DNA from: Bryobacterales bacterium
GTDB taxonomy: Bacteria; Acidobacteriota; Terriglobia; Bryobacterales; UBA6623
Direction: 5' to 3'
NCBI GenBank assembly: GCA_965226435.1
Contig: CBDDCY010000008.1
Location: forward strand, 415,232-479,231
Length of the DNA stretch: 64,000 bases
Shown: in pieces, positions 9,806-18,609 of the stretch
Position numbering within the stretch: position 1 is the first letter of the stretch
Layout: each line of letters starts with the position of its first letter
Translations under genes and position numbers: made by a program
Notes under the pieces: generated by a model
Told to the model about the DNA's origin: nothing
Databases searched by the model: none
What the model saw: the letters and a program-made list of their open reading frames with translations, nothing else

Positions 9806-9931
9806 TGGTTGCGGGGAAGGATCTGAACCTTCTACCTTTCGGTCCGCATTATGAGCGCAGTTTACCAACTTGCTCGTGTTGGTGTCCACACACCCAGCCA
9901 CGCCGACACACCGCCGAAGCCTTAGCCCGCT
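9806..9931 (-). ncRNA. tRNA-fMet-like structured RNA or pseudo-tRNA
   Basis: Minus strand has a GAAGG-TTCAGAT-CCTTC T-arm, a CCCGCAACCA 3' end, a CTCATAA anticodon loop in a CTGCG/TGCGG stem and a D-arm-like GAGCAAGTTGGTA; the 5' part is non-canonical. Confidence 0.55.
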
Positions 9932-10018
9932 TTTCTCGGTGCGTGGCGAGGCAAAGTGTATGAAAGGCCCGCCAGTGCCAAGCATGCGCCCCTTGGCGCA
10001 ATACGGCTTAGACCCGGC

Positions 10019-11173
10019 TCACACCCGCAAAAAGATCTTGCGCTGATAAAGCCAATAGCACAGGTACCACATCGGCAAGAAAGCCGTGATGGACTGCGCC
10101 ACCGGGCCGACGGCTCCCAGAAACGAATACCCGCCAGTGAAAACGGCCGCCGACGCATTGAACCAATCCCAAAGAATCATGTGCAGGCCGTAGATGAAGA
10201 TCGAGTTCATCCCCACGACAACCAAGGGGAAGACCAGCCGCCGTTGCTCGCGGATCTCCGCCAACCAGTAGAAAAACAGCAGAATCGCCAGGACGCATCC
10301 CGCGCTTGCCAGCGTAAACGAGGCGGTCCAGAGCCGCTTCACCATCGGATTCAACAGACTCAATGCATAGCCCGACGCAAAACACCCCGCCGCAGCCGCC
10401 GCCAACACTCGGGTGCGATAGGCGTGCGAATGCGGATCGAGCATCAAGCGTCCGGCCCAGGCGCCGAACAATGTCGTTACGGTGCTCGGGATGAAATTGA
10501 TCGTGACGTAGAAGCCCGAGTATTCGAGCCCGAGAAAATGATCGATCACCGCGCCGATATTGTCGGCGCGCGAAAAAGCCCCTTCACTCCCCGGGAACAG
10601 AGCGAACAGCAGCCAGTGCCCGGCCAACAGCAAACCGGCCGAAACCGCCTGCATGCGAAAAGAAAGATGCATCAGGCCGTAGCAGATCACATACGTAAAC
10701 GCGATCTGCGAGAGAACGTTGATGAGCTGAAACTCGAGCCGTCCGCTGCCGACCGCGATGAAAACCTGGCTCAGCAACAGCAACAAAAAAAAGCGCTGAA
10801 AAATGTGCCGCGTGACCTGAGCCGCGTTCTCCCCGCGTTTTCGGCGGTTGGCGAATGCATACGGCATCGCCAGCCCGACCATGAACATAAACGACGGCTG
10901 GATCAAGTCCCAAAAGACCATCCCCTCCCAGGGGACATGCTCGAACTGTCGCCCCAGCCAACCCCATTGCGGGTGGTTTTCAAGCGCCCGCAGTCCGAAG
11001 CCGTTCGCCGCCGGCGAAATCATGATGAAACCGCGGAAGGCGTCGAGCGAGATCAGTCTTTCGGGACGAGGTTCGCGTCGCGCGGGTTCTCCCGGGTCGA
11101 TGTTCCCGGGTTCCAGGGCAGCGCGAACCTCGCCTTCGGCGGGCCGGGACGGTGCTTCAATTGCCGTGGCCAT
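10019..11173 (-). CDS. HGSNAT-like (DUF5009/DUF1624) membrane acyltransferase
   Basis: RLISLDAFRG, WDLIQPSFMFMVG, PMVKRLWTASF, GMNSIFIY; multi-TM. Confidence 0.85.
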   Translation of the reverse strand: MATAIEAPSRPAEGEVRAALEPGNIDPGEPARREPRPERLISLDAFRGFIMISPAANGFGLRALENHPQWGWLGRQFEHVPWEGMVFWDLIQPSFMFMVGLAMPYAFANRRKRGENAAQVTRHIFQRFFLLLLLSQVFIAVGSGRLEFQLINVLSQIAFTYVICYGLMHLSFRMQAVSAGLLLAGHWLLFALFPGSEGAFSRADNIGAVIDHFLGLEYSGFYVTINFIPSTVTTLFGAWAGRLMLDPHSHAYRTRVLAAAAAGCFASGYALSLLNPMVKRLWTASFTLASAGCVLAILLFFYWLAEIREQRRLVFPLVVVGMNSIFIYGLHMILWDWFNASAAVFTGGYSFLGAVGPVAQSITAFLPMWYLCYWLYQRKIFLRV

Positions 11174-11416
11174 AAGAGATCCCTCTCGAGACCGGAACTA
11201 GTGTTTCGCGCGAAGCGAAGAGTACCATAGACGACGGCTTACCGGGCTGAGGTCTCAACGGCGAAATTCGTTGCCTTGTTGACCTCGCGTCCGAGGGGCC
11301 GCGAGCCAAGACCCCGCGGCCCGACACCGGAAACGGCTTCAGGGGAAGCCCCGGCGGCTTGCTGCCGGCAGCGGGGGCTGTACGTCCAACTAAGCAAAAG
11401 AAGGGCAGTCGCTTCC

Positions 11417-11516
11417 TTCCTGCCGCCCTGTCAGGGCTCAACCCGGTTTGACTCCGCCCCTGGGGTTCCGCCTTCGGCTCCACGCCAGGCTATATTCCTG
11501 CCGCCGCTTCGCGGCT
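11417..11516 (+). repeat. ~100-bp REP-like intergenic repeat, copy A
   Basis: GCCGCCCTGTCAGGGCT...GGGTTCCGCCTTCGGCTCCACGCCAGGCTATATTCC...GCCGCTTCGCGGCT; similar copies at 18419 and 49828. Confidence 0.8.
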
Positions 11517-11616
11517 GTGATCGGCCGCGATTTCATGGATTCGCTGCTCACGGGGCTCATTGCCGCTTGCCCCCCGCCCTGATACAATCCGGACAGACCG
11601 ATTCAAGGAGATCCTC

Positions 11617-12375
11617 ATGACCCATTCGATCGAAAGACGATTCGTTCGTTGCGGGGTTCTGTTCTTGCTTGTAACCTGCGTCGCGGCGCCCGCCTCCGCG
11701 CAGACGGTGATCTCGGTCCGGCCCGGGCTGATTTCCTACGCCGAAGGGCAGGTGAAACTCGCCGGCGTGGGACAGAAGCCTTCCGGCAAAGATATTCATC
11801 TCGGCCAGGGACAACACTTGCTCACCTCGGCCGGGCGGGTCGAGATTCTGCTCACACCCGTCGCTATCCTCCGCGCGAGCGGGACCAGCGATTGGGAGAT
11901 GGTTTCGAGCGAGGCTTCGGATGTTCGAATGGAACTCCATCGCGGCTCGGGTATCGTTGAGATCAGAGCAAAAGTCAATGGCGCGCGCATTTCGATCGAG
12001 GCGGGGGGTGCTTCGGTCCGGCTTGAAAACAAAGGCGTCTATCGCTTTGACGCCGTTCCGGGCTCGGATGCCGTGCTGACGGTGCTGAAGGGCAAGGCGC
12101 GGGTTTCGAACGGGGCCGGATCGCTGGTTGTCAAGTCGAAACGCTCGGTTGCGCTCGGGGCCGGTACGCTCGAAGCCGGCAAGCTCGCCTCTTCGGCGAC
12201 GCCCGACGCTCTGGCCGCTTGGTACCACGAGCGTACCGCGTTGCTGTCCCAACCCATTCGCCGGGCGCGGCCTCGGCAGGTTGCGGGCGTCTCCGAGTCG
12301 ACAGGTAGTGCTTTTGGTCAACACGGAACCGGGGCGATTCAGTGTGAGAACGGCACGCCGGAGTTGTTGAATTAG
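11617..12375 (+). CDS. Exported FecR-domain protein
   Basis: Signal peptide (APASA|Q), GLISYAEGQV, GRVEILLTP..LR, LHRGS; AAGGAG RBS before ATG 11617. Confidence 0.7.
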   Translation: MTHSIERRFVRCGVLFLLVTCVAAPASAQTVISVRPGLISYAEGQVKLAGVGQKPSGKDIHLGQGQHLLTSAGRVEILLTPVAILRASGTSDWEMVSSEASDVRMELHRGSGIVEIRAKVNGARISIEAGGASVRLENKGVYRFDAVPGSDAVLTVLKGKARVSNGAGSLVVKSKRSVALGAGTLEAGKLASSATPDALAAWYHERTALLSQPIRRARPRQVAGVSESTGSAFGQHGTGAIQCENGTPELLN

Positions 12376-12377
12376 GG

Positions 12378-12655
12378 AACCGAGCGCGTCAAACCGAGCG
12401 CGTCAAACCGAGCCGCGACCGTGAGGAAGCGGTATGCGATGCGGTACGCCGGAGGCAAATAAAGGGGCGGCCCCGGAACGGCGGCCCCAGAAGCGTCTTT
12501 CCCGGCTGAACTACCCTGAGTTCGCTAGTAGGGCTGTTTCGCAAGAAGAGGTTCGCTCTTCGGCGCGCTTCGCTCCCGCCACCTTCCTTCGTGTTGAACG
12601 GCCTCATCGCATACCGCTTCCTTAACGGTCGCGGCTCGGTTTGGGGGCTCGGTTT
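12378..12655. repeat. Inverted pair of REP-like units (REPIN/MITE-like) with a 14-bp tandem duplication
   Basis: AACCGAGCCGCGACCGTGAGGAAGCGGTATGCGATG at 12406-12441 and its near-identical reverse complement at 12605-12641; AACCGAGCGCGTCA x2 at 12378-12405. Confidence 0.8.
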
Positions 12656-12924
12656 GTTATTCGAAAACTGGTAAAATCGCGACAGAAGGGTTCGCCGACG
12701 TGATGCATCGTCCATTCCAGCCGCCAGTCGCGCGCCGCGCCGGCGTGACGCCTTCCCGCTCCGCGATAGACCGGATGATCCGCGGCATTATCATTACCAG
12801 CCCCCGTTAGGGGCTTCGGACAGGCAAAGATTCCGAGGCCGTTGACCGGGGTGATCGAAAGCCGGTCAACGGCCTTTTGCCGTTCGACCGGCCTGAACCG
12901 ACCCCCGGTCTCGATTGCAACGTC

Positions 12925-15900
12925 ATGAGTGAACCGAAATTCGAGAAAGCGCAACCGATCGTCGACTTCCCCCGCGTCGAGGAGTCGATCCGGAAGTTCT
13001 GGGAAGAACACGAGATTTTCGAAAAGAGCCTCCGCAACCGCGAGGGACGGCCCAAATTCATCTTCAATGAAGGCCCCCCCACCGCCAACGGGCTGCCGCA
13101 CAACGGGCACGTGCTCACGCGTGTGATCAAAGACATTTTCCTGCGCTACCGCACCATGCGGGGTTTCTACGTCCCGCGGAAAGCCGGGTGGGATACCCAC
13201 GGGCTGCCGGTCGAGGTCGAGGTCGAGAAGGAACTAGGCATCCACGGCAAGGCGGCGATCGAGGAATACGGCGTCGAGAAATTTATTCTCCGCTGCATGC
13301 AATCGGTGTTTCGCTACACCGAGCAGTGGGAGAAGATGACCAGCCGGGTCGGTTTCTGGGTGGATCTTCAAGACGCCTACGTCACCTATCACAAGAGCTA
13401 CGTCGAAAGCGTGTGGTGGGCGCTATCCGAGCTGTTCCGTAAAGGCCTGCTCTACCAAGGCCACAAGATTGTTTGGTGGTGGCCGCAAGGCGGCACGGCG
13501 CTTTCGGCGGGCGAGGTCGGCCTCGGTTACAAGAGCGTCGAAGACCCCTCCGTCTACGTCGCGCTCGAGCTGGAAGACGAGCCCGGGACCTATCTGCTGA
13601 TCTGGACGACGACTCCGTGGACGCTGCCTTCCAATCAAAACGTCGCCGTGCGCGAGGACTACGATTACGTCCAAGTGCGCGACGGCGACCACGCGATCAT
13701 CGTGGCCGCGGCGCTGCGTGAGACGATCGCCGCGAAGCTCGGCCGCGAATTGCCCGTCGAACGCGAAATGAAGGGCAGCGTCTTGGTCGGGCGGCGCTAC
13801 CGCCCGCCGCTCGATTATTTTCGTAAAGCCTACGGCGATGTGACCGTGGAGCGCAAGACGGGCGGTTCGGTTCCGGCGCTATGGACCGTACTCGCCGCCG
13901 ACTTCGTCGAACTCGACCAAGGCACGGGTTTGGTTCACGAAGCCCCGGCCTTTGGTGAGGTGGACTACGATTTGTTTCGAAAAACTCGTGAAGAGTTCAC
14001 CAACCCCGACGCTGTCCCGCTGCTGTGCCCGGTGGGCCCCGACGGCAAATTCACCGCCGAGACGCCGGATCTCGAAGGGGTGTTCGTCAAGGACGCCGAT
14101 CGGCCGATCATCGCCAAGCTCCGAGAAAACGGCATCCTGCTGCACCGCGAGAACTACCGCCACGATTATCCCTTCTGCTGGCGGGCCGAAGACGATCCGC
14201 TGATCCAGTACGCACGGCCGGCGTGGTTTGTCCGCACGACCGAACGCATCGACGACGCCATCGCCAACAACAAGAAAGTGCGCTGGTTGCCCGAACACAT
14301 CGGAACGGGTCGCTTCGGCGATTTCCTGGCGAATAACGTCGACTGGGCGCTCTCGCGAGAGCGCTACTGGGGCACGCCGCTCAATATCTGGATCAACGAC
14401 GAAACCGGGAAGATGCAAGCCCCGGCGTCGGTCGCCCAGATCGAGGCGAAAAACACCGACGCGTTCAACCAATTTAGGCGCGATCAGGAGAAGAACCCCG
14501 AGCTGTCCGATCACCTAATGGTCCACAAACCCTGGATCGACGACGTCACTTGGACCGAGCCCGACGAACCCGGCGTCTATCGCCGCATCCCCGAGGTGAT
14601 CGATTGCTGGTTCGACTCGGGTTGCATGCCCTTTGCGCAGTTCGGCTATCCGCATCAGGGGCGCCGGAAATTCGAGGACGCTTTCCCGGCCGATTTCATC
14701 ACCGAGGCCATCGATCAAACACGCGGCTGGTTCTATTCGCAATTGATGGTTTCGACGTTGGTCTTCGACGAAGAGACGCAACAACTGTGCGGGCTGAAAA
14801 AGAAACGCGACTACCCGCATCCCTTCCGCACTTGTATCGTGCTGGGCCACGTGACCGATCCGGAGGGGAAGAAGGAATCGAAATCGAAGGGCAACTACAC
14901 GCCGCCCGATGTCATCTTCGACCGCGTAATCAACGAGTTCGCCGTCGTCGGCGCCGCGCAAGCCGACATGACGGTCGCCGCGGGCGAAGTCATGCTCTGT
15001 CGCGAGGAGATCGAAGCGCTCGACGCCAACCCCGGCGCGGAGATGCGGCTTTCGACGGCTTCGCTCGCCGGGCAATCGAAACCCTTCACCGTGCGACAAG
15101 GGAAAAAGTTGCCGCGCCGCGTAGTCGTCGTCTCGGCCGACGATCTCGCGACTCTCGGACTCAACAGCACTCCGGCCGGACTCAAAGTCCAACCCAACGA
15201 CGTTGTCCGCCTTCCCGCCGACCAGCGCTTGACGCTCGAAAGCAAGAACGGCTCAGCCCCCGGTGCTGACGCCTTTCGCTGGTTCTTTTTCGCCGCCAAT
15301 CCGCCCTGGTCGCCGACCCGGCATTCGTTGAGCAATGTTCGGACGCTTCAAAAAGAGCTGCCGCTCAAGCTGCGCAACGTCTACTCGTTTTTCACGATCT
15401 ACGCCAATATTGACGGCTTCGACCCAGCGAGCGACGCCGGACGGTCACTCGCCGAGCGGACCTTGCTCGACCGCTGGATTCTCTCCGAGGCCGCGCTGGT
15501 CACCGGTCGCGTCAGCGAGCTGATGGACAACTACTTGGTTTACGAGGCGGCGGGCGAGCTGTCGAATTTCGTCGATGCGCTTTCGAACTGGTATCTGCGG
15601 CGCGGCCGGCGGCGCTATTGGAAGAGCGAGAAAGACGCCGATAAGATCGATGCTTACGCCACGCTCTATGAAGCGTTGGCGACCGTCACGAACCTTGCCG
15701 CGCCTTTTATCCCCTTTTTGACCGAAGAGGTCTACCAAAATCTGACGCGCCGACCTTTCGGCGACCAACGGCCCGAGAGCGTGCACTTGTGCGACTTCGT
15801 CAAAGCGGACGAAAGTGCGATTGACCGCAAGCTGTCGGAAGAAATGGCGGTAGTGCGTAATATCGTTTCGCTCGGGCTGCGGGTGCGAACCGACCATAAG

Positions 15901-16581
15901 CTTAAGGTCCGTCAGCCGCTTTCGTTGGCGGAAGTCGTCCTGCCCGACGACGCTCTGCGTCAAGCGTTAACCGAATACAGGGACTTGATCGCCGAGGAGC
16001 TGAACGTCCAACAGGTTGCTTTCGTGCATGGCGACGAAGGGCATGTGCAGTATGTGGCGCGTCCTAACTTCCGCCGGCTCGGCCCCCGGCTCGGTAAGAA
16101 AATGCCCCTGGCGAAGAAGGCGTTCCAAAACGCCGACGCGACGGAATTGCGGCGGCAATTGCTCGCAAACGGCAAAGCCGCAATCGAAATCGACGGCGAG
16201 ACGGTCGTCCTCGACGCCGAGGATATCGAGGTCCAAGTCGAAGCCTCCGGGCACTACGCCGCCGCGGGCGATCAGCGAACCGTCGTGGTGCTCAATACCG
16301 ACCTCACCGAGGAACTGATCGAGGAAGGCCTCTACCGTGAGTTGTTGCGCCGCGTGCAAGACCTGCGCAAAGCCCTCGACATCGAGTACACCCAACGCAT
16401 CGGGCTTTCAGTCGAGGTCCCCGAGAAGATCAGGCGGATTCTCGAAGACCGCCGCGAGCACTTCATGGAAGAGACGCTCTGCACGGCGCTCGAAACCGAC
16501 GGCCCCCCATCGCGAGAGGGCGAGCGCCGCGAGATGGAGATCAACGGCGAACTCGTGACGATCGTGCTCTTTTCCGTGTAG
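12925..16581 (+). CDS. ileS: Isoleucine-tRNA ligase (type-2-like) with variant signature motifs and an insertion
   Basis: GPPTANGLPHNGH, GWDTHGLPVE, WTTTPWTLPSN, DWALSRERYWGTP, WFDSG, EAIDQTRGWFYS, KESKSKGN. Confidence 0.96.
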   Translation: MSEPKFEKAQPIVDFPRVEESIRKFWEEHEIFEKSLRNREGRPKFIFNEGPPTANGLPHNGHVLTRVIKDIFLRYRTMRGFYVPRKAGWDTHGLPVEVEVEKELGIHGKAAIEEYGVEKFILRCMQSVFRYTEQWEKMTSRVGFWVDLQDAYVTYHKSYVESVWWALSELFRKGLLYQGHKIVWWWPQGGTALSAGEVGLGYKSVEDPSVYVALELEDEPGTYLLIWTTTPWTLPSNQNVAVREDYDYVQVRDGDHAIIVAAALRETIAAKLGRELPVEREMKGSVLVGRRYRPPLDYFRKAYGDVTVERKTGGSVPALWTVLAADFVELDQGTGLVHEAPAFGEVDYDLFRKTREEFTNPDAVPLLCPVGPDGKFTAETPDLEGVFVKDADRPIIAKLRENGILLHRENYRHDYPFCWRAEDDPLIQYARPAWFVRTTERIDDAIANNKKVRWLPEHIGTGRFGDFLANNVDWALSRERYWGTPLNIWINDETGKMQAPASVAQIEAKNTDAFNQFRRDQEKNPELSDHLMVHKPWIDDVTWTEPDEPGVYRRIPEVIDCWFDSGCMPFAQFGYPHQGRRKFEDAFPADFITEAIDQTRGWFYSQLMVSTLVFDEETQQLCGLKKKRDYPHPFRTCIVLGHVTDPEGKKESKSKGNYTPPDVIFDRVINEFAVVGAAQADMTVAAGEVMLCREEIEALDANPGAEMRLSTASLAGQSKPFTVRQGKKLPRRVVVVSADDLATLGLNSTPAGLKVQPNDVVRLPADQRLTLESKNGSAPGADAFRWFFFAANPPWSPTRHSLSNVRTLQKELPLKLRNVYSFFTIYANIDGFDPASDAGRSLAERTLLDRWILSEAALVTGRVSELMDNYLVYEAAGELSNFVDALSNWYLRRGRRRYWKSEKDADKIDAYATLYEALATVTNLAAPFIPFLTEEVYQNLTRRPFGDQRPESVHLCDFVKADESAIDRKLSEEMAVVRNIVSLGLRVRTDHKLKVRQPLSLAEVVLPDDALRQALTEYRDLIAEELNVQQVAFVHGDEGHVQYVARPNFRRLGPRLGKKMPLAKKAFQNADATELRRQLLANGKAAIEIDGETVVLDAEDIEVQVEASGHYAAAGDQRTVVVLNTDLTEELIEEGLYRELLRRVQDLRKALDIEYTQRIGLSVEVPEKIRRILEDRREHFMEETLCTALETDGPPSREGERREMEINGELVTIVLFSV

Positions 16582-16699
16582 GGCCCCCAGTGGGAAGATC
16601 CCCTCAGCTGGGCATGAGTCCGGGCCGGCTAACCTGAAACTTCAAATTTCGCGCTACCCGGAGACTCACAACTGCTACCAATAGATCTGACGTTCACCC

Positions 16700-16728
16700 A
16701 CCCGAGCCGCGCCGCCGTGCGGCGCGGT
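16700..16728 (+). repeat. ACCCGAG-footed hairpin (REP-like, possibly a terminator)
   Basis: ACCCGAG CCGCGCCGC-CGT-GCGGCGCGG T between convergent genes; related unit at 36555. Confidence 0.55.
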
Positions 16729-16803
16729 CCCGGCGAACCCTTCGACCAAGTTTCTCCCCTGAACGAGCCGGCGCGGCCGGTGGCCCCACTAGCCTTGCCG
16801 GGC

Positions 16804-17862
16804 TTACAAACCAGCCAGAAAGTCTTTCCAGCGGCCTTCACCCTCGGCGGCGGAGAAATACTCGCGCCTCACTCGCTGTCTCGCAAGCACTTGCTCTCGC
16901 CAGGGAGTTTCGGCCATCACGAGCTCGGCCGTTTCAGCCAACAGCGGCCAATCGGGGGTCTCGAAAAGGACGCCGGCATCCCCGAGAACTTCGCGGGCCG
17001 CGTCCGATGCCCGGGCCAAAACCGGCAAATCCATCCGCATCCCTTCGACCAACGGCACTCCGAACCCTTCGTGTTCGCTCAAGAAGAGCATTGCATCGGC
17101 CAACTGATAATAGGCCGCCAACTCACTCCGCGGCACCGAACCGGTGAACACGACATCATCCAGACCCATTTCGTCAACCAGGGCGTCGAGAGCCTTTCGG
17201 TAGGATTCCGCGTAGGTACTGCTCCCCACCACAAAGAGCCGCCGCCGCGGATCGACATGCCGCTTCAAGTAGTCCAATACGAACAAGCCGTCTTCGATCT
17301 TCTTGTGGGGTACGACACGCCCCACCATGAGAAGATTGCGTTGCTGATTGCCGCTGTAACGCTCGATGATATGGGGCGCGGGAGGTTGGGAGTACACGTC
17401 TTCGTTCAGCAAGTAGGGAATAACCTGAACGTCGCGGTACCCGGCCCGCCGCAGATCCGAGGCGCTCAACTCGGAATGGGCCACGACCTTTCGTGGAAGG
17501 CCGGCATAGAGAGGCAATTCATCGAGGCCCCGGCGTACGGAGCGAGGCACATGTTCCTCCAGGCCCAACATGTAGTTGATCGGCGGGTTGTTGTGGTACA
17601 GGAGGATGCTTTCCGGGGCCGTCTCGAACAGCGGTCGGTAGGCGTCCGATCCGTGCGAGTAATGGACCAACAATACGTCGCCGGGCGAATCGGCGTACCG
17701 GGCCCAACCGCGGATGCCGCGATCAGAGCGTTCTTCGTCGGCGAAGATGCGGGTTTCATAGCCGAGTGACCTCAGTATCCGGTCGAGCGCGATGACTTCG
17801 TTCCCAATCGCGTCGCGATCCGGAACACTGGGAGAAAACTGGTCGACGCGCCTCTTCCTCAA
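16804..17862 (-). CDS. GT4 (GT-B) glycosyltransferase
   Basis: LMVGRVVPHKKIED, SEHEGFGVPLVEGM. Confidence 0.92.
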   Translation of the reverse strand: MRKRRVDQFSPSVPDRDAIGNEVIALDRILRSLGYETRIFADEERSDRGIRGWARYADSPGDVLLVHYSHGSDAYRPLFETAPESILLYHNNPPINYMLGLEEHVPRSVRRGLDELPLYAGLPRKVVAHSELSASDLRRAGYRDVQVIPYLLNEDVYSQPPAPHIIERYSGNQQRNLLMVGRVVPHKKIEDGLFVLDYLKRHVDPRRRLFVVGSSTYAESYRKALDALVDEMGLDDVVFTGSVPRSELAAYYQLADAMLFLSEHEGFGVPLVEGMRMDLPVLARASDAAREVLGDAGVLFETPDWPLLAETAELVMAETPWREQVLARQRVRREYFSAAEGEGRWKDFLAGL

Positions 17863-18329
17863 TCTCCGTCACCTTCCCGCCGCTCGATGCCGGCGCGTCG
17901 TTCCAAATCGCGAAAACGTTTCTCGAAGTCGGCCTTGTCGGCCGCATACTCTTCCTCCAAGGCGGTCACGCGCTTGTGCTCGGCTTGCAGAGTCTTGTAA
18001 CCAGCTTGGATGGCGCGGGAATGCAAACCCAGAGAGCGCACGACCCACCAAAGCATCCTCGCTTGGGCGCGCACGATCCACTGCCCCACGCGGCCGCGAA
18101 GCGTCTCGGGTCGCGGCGGAATGATCGCCGTCGGGCCGTCTAAGTCCAAGACGGCTTGGCGGAACCCAAGGGCGTCCATGCGCCGCTCCAGTTGGAAGCG
18201 GTGCCGCCGGCCCTGGTAGCGGCGGCGCGGATCGGAAGGATGTTCGCGGGATCGCTCGGCGGCTCGAGCCGCATCGACCAACTCCGCCGACGGCGAAGGG
18301 CGGGAACTTTCCGGATTCGATTCGGACAT
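17859..18329 (-). CDS. Hypothetical coiled-coil protein translationally coupled to the GT4 gene
   Basis: Stop overlaps the GT4 TTG start; C-terminal heptad-rich region. Confidence 0.6.
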   Translation of the reverse strand: MSESNPESSRPSPSAELVDAARAAERSREHPSDPRRRYQGRRHRFQLERRMDALGFRQAVLDLDGPTAIIPPRPETLRGRVGQWIVRAQARMLWWVVRSLGLHSRAIQAGYKTLQAEHKRVTALEEEYAADKADFEKRFRDLERRAGIERREGDGD

Positions 18330-18418
18330 TCGATTAACGTCGTCGAAAGAGGAAGTGATGTCGAGTCAACGCCGGCATTATACCCAACGCGGTTAACCGT
18401 CGCTCCGCGAACCCCTTG

Positions 18419-18516
18419 AGCCGCGAAGCGGCGGGAATACAGCCCAGGGTGGAGCCGGAACGGCGGAACCCTGGGTGGAATCCTCCACCCAGCCAAGCCC
18501 TGAAGGGGCGGTGGAA
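18419..18516 (-). repeat. ~100-bp REP-like intergenic repeat, copy B
   Basis: Reverse complement reads CCGCCCCTTCAGGGCT...CCCAGGGTTCCGCCGTTCCGGCTCCACCCTGGGCTGTATTCCCGCCGCTTCGCGGCT. Confidence 0.8.
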
Positions 18517-18609
18517 ACGCTACCGACACCTCTCATGGCGCTATGATGAATCCGCGATTCACAGAAGCGGCGTGTCCCTAATTTTTCATGGATACTACTC
18601 GGCCGGCCC

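Noticed and set aside
9806-9860. The tRNA 3' half as an attachment site of an integrated element
   Set aside because: No integrase, no second copy and no island-like cargo nearby; kept only as an alternative explanation for the tRNA-like RNA.
12378-12420. Tandem AACCGAGCGCGTCA units as a CRISPR array
   Set aside because: 14-bp units with no spacers and no cas genes.
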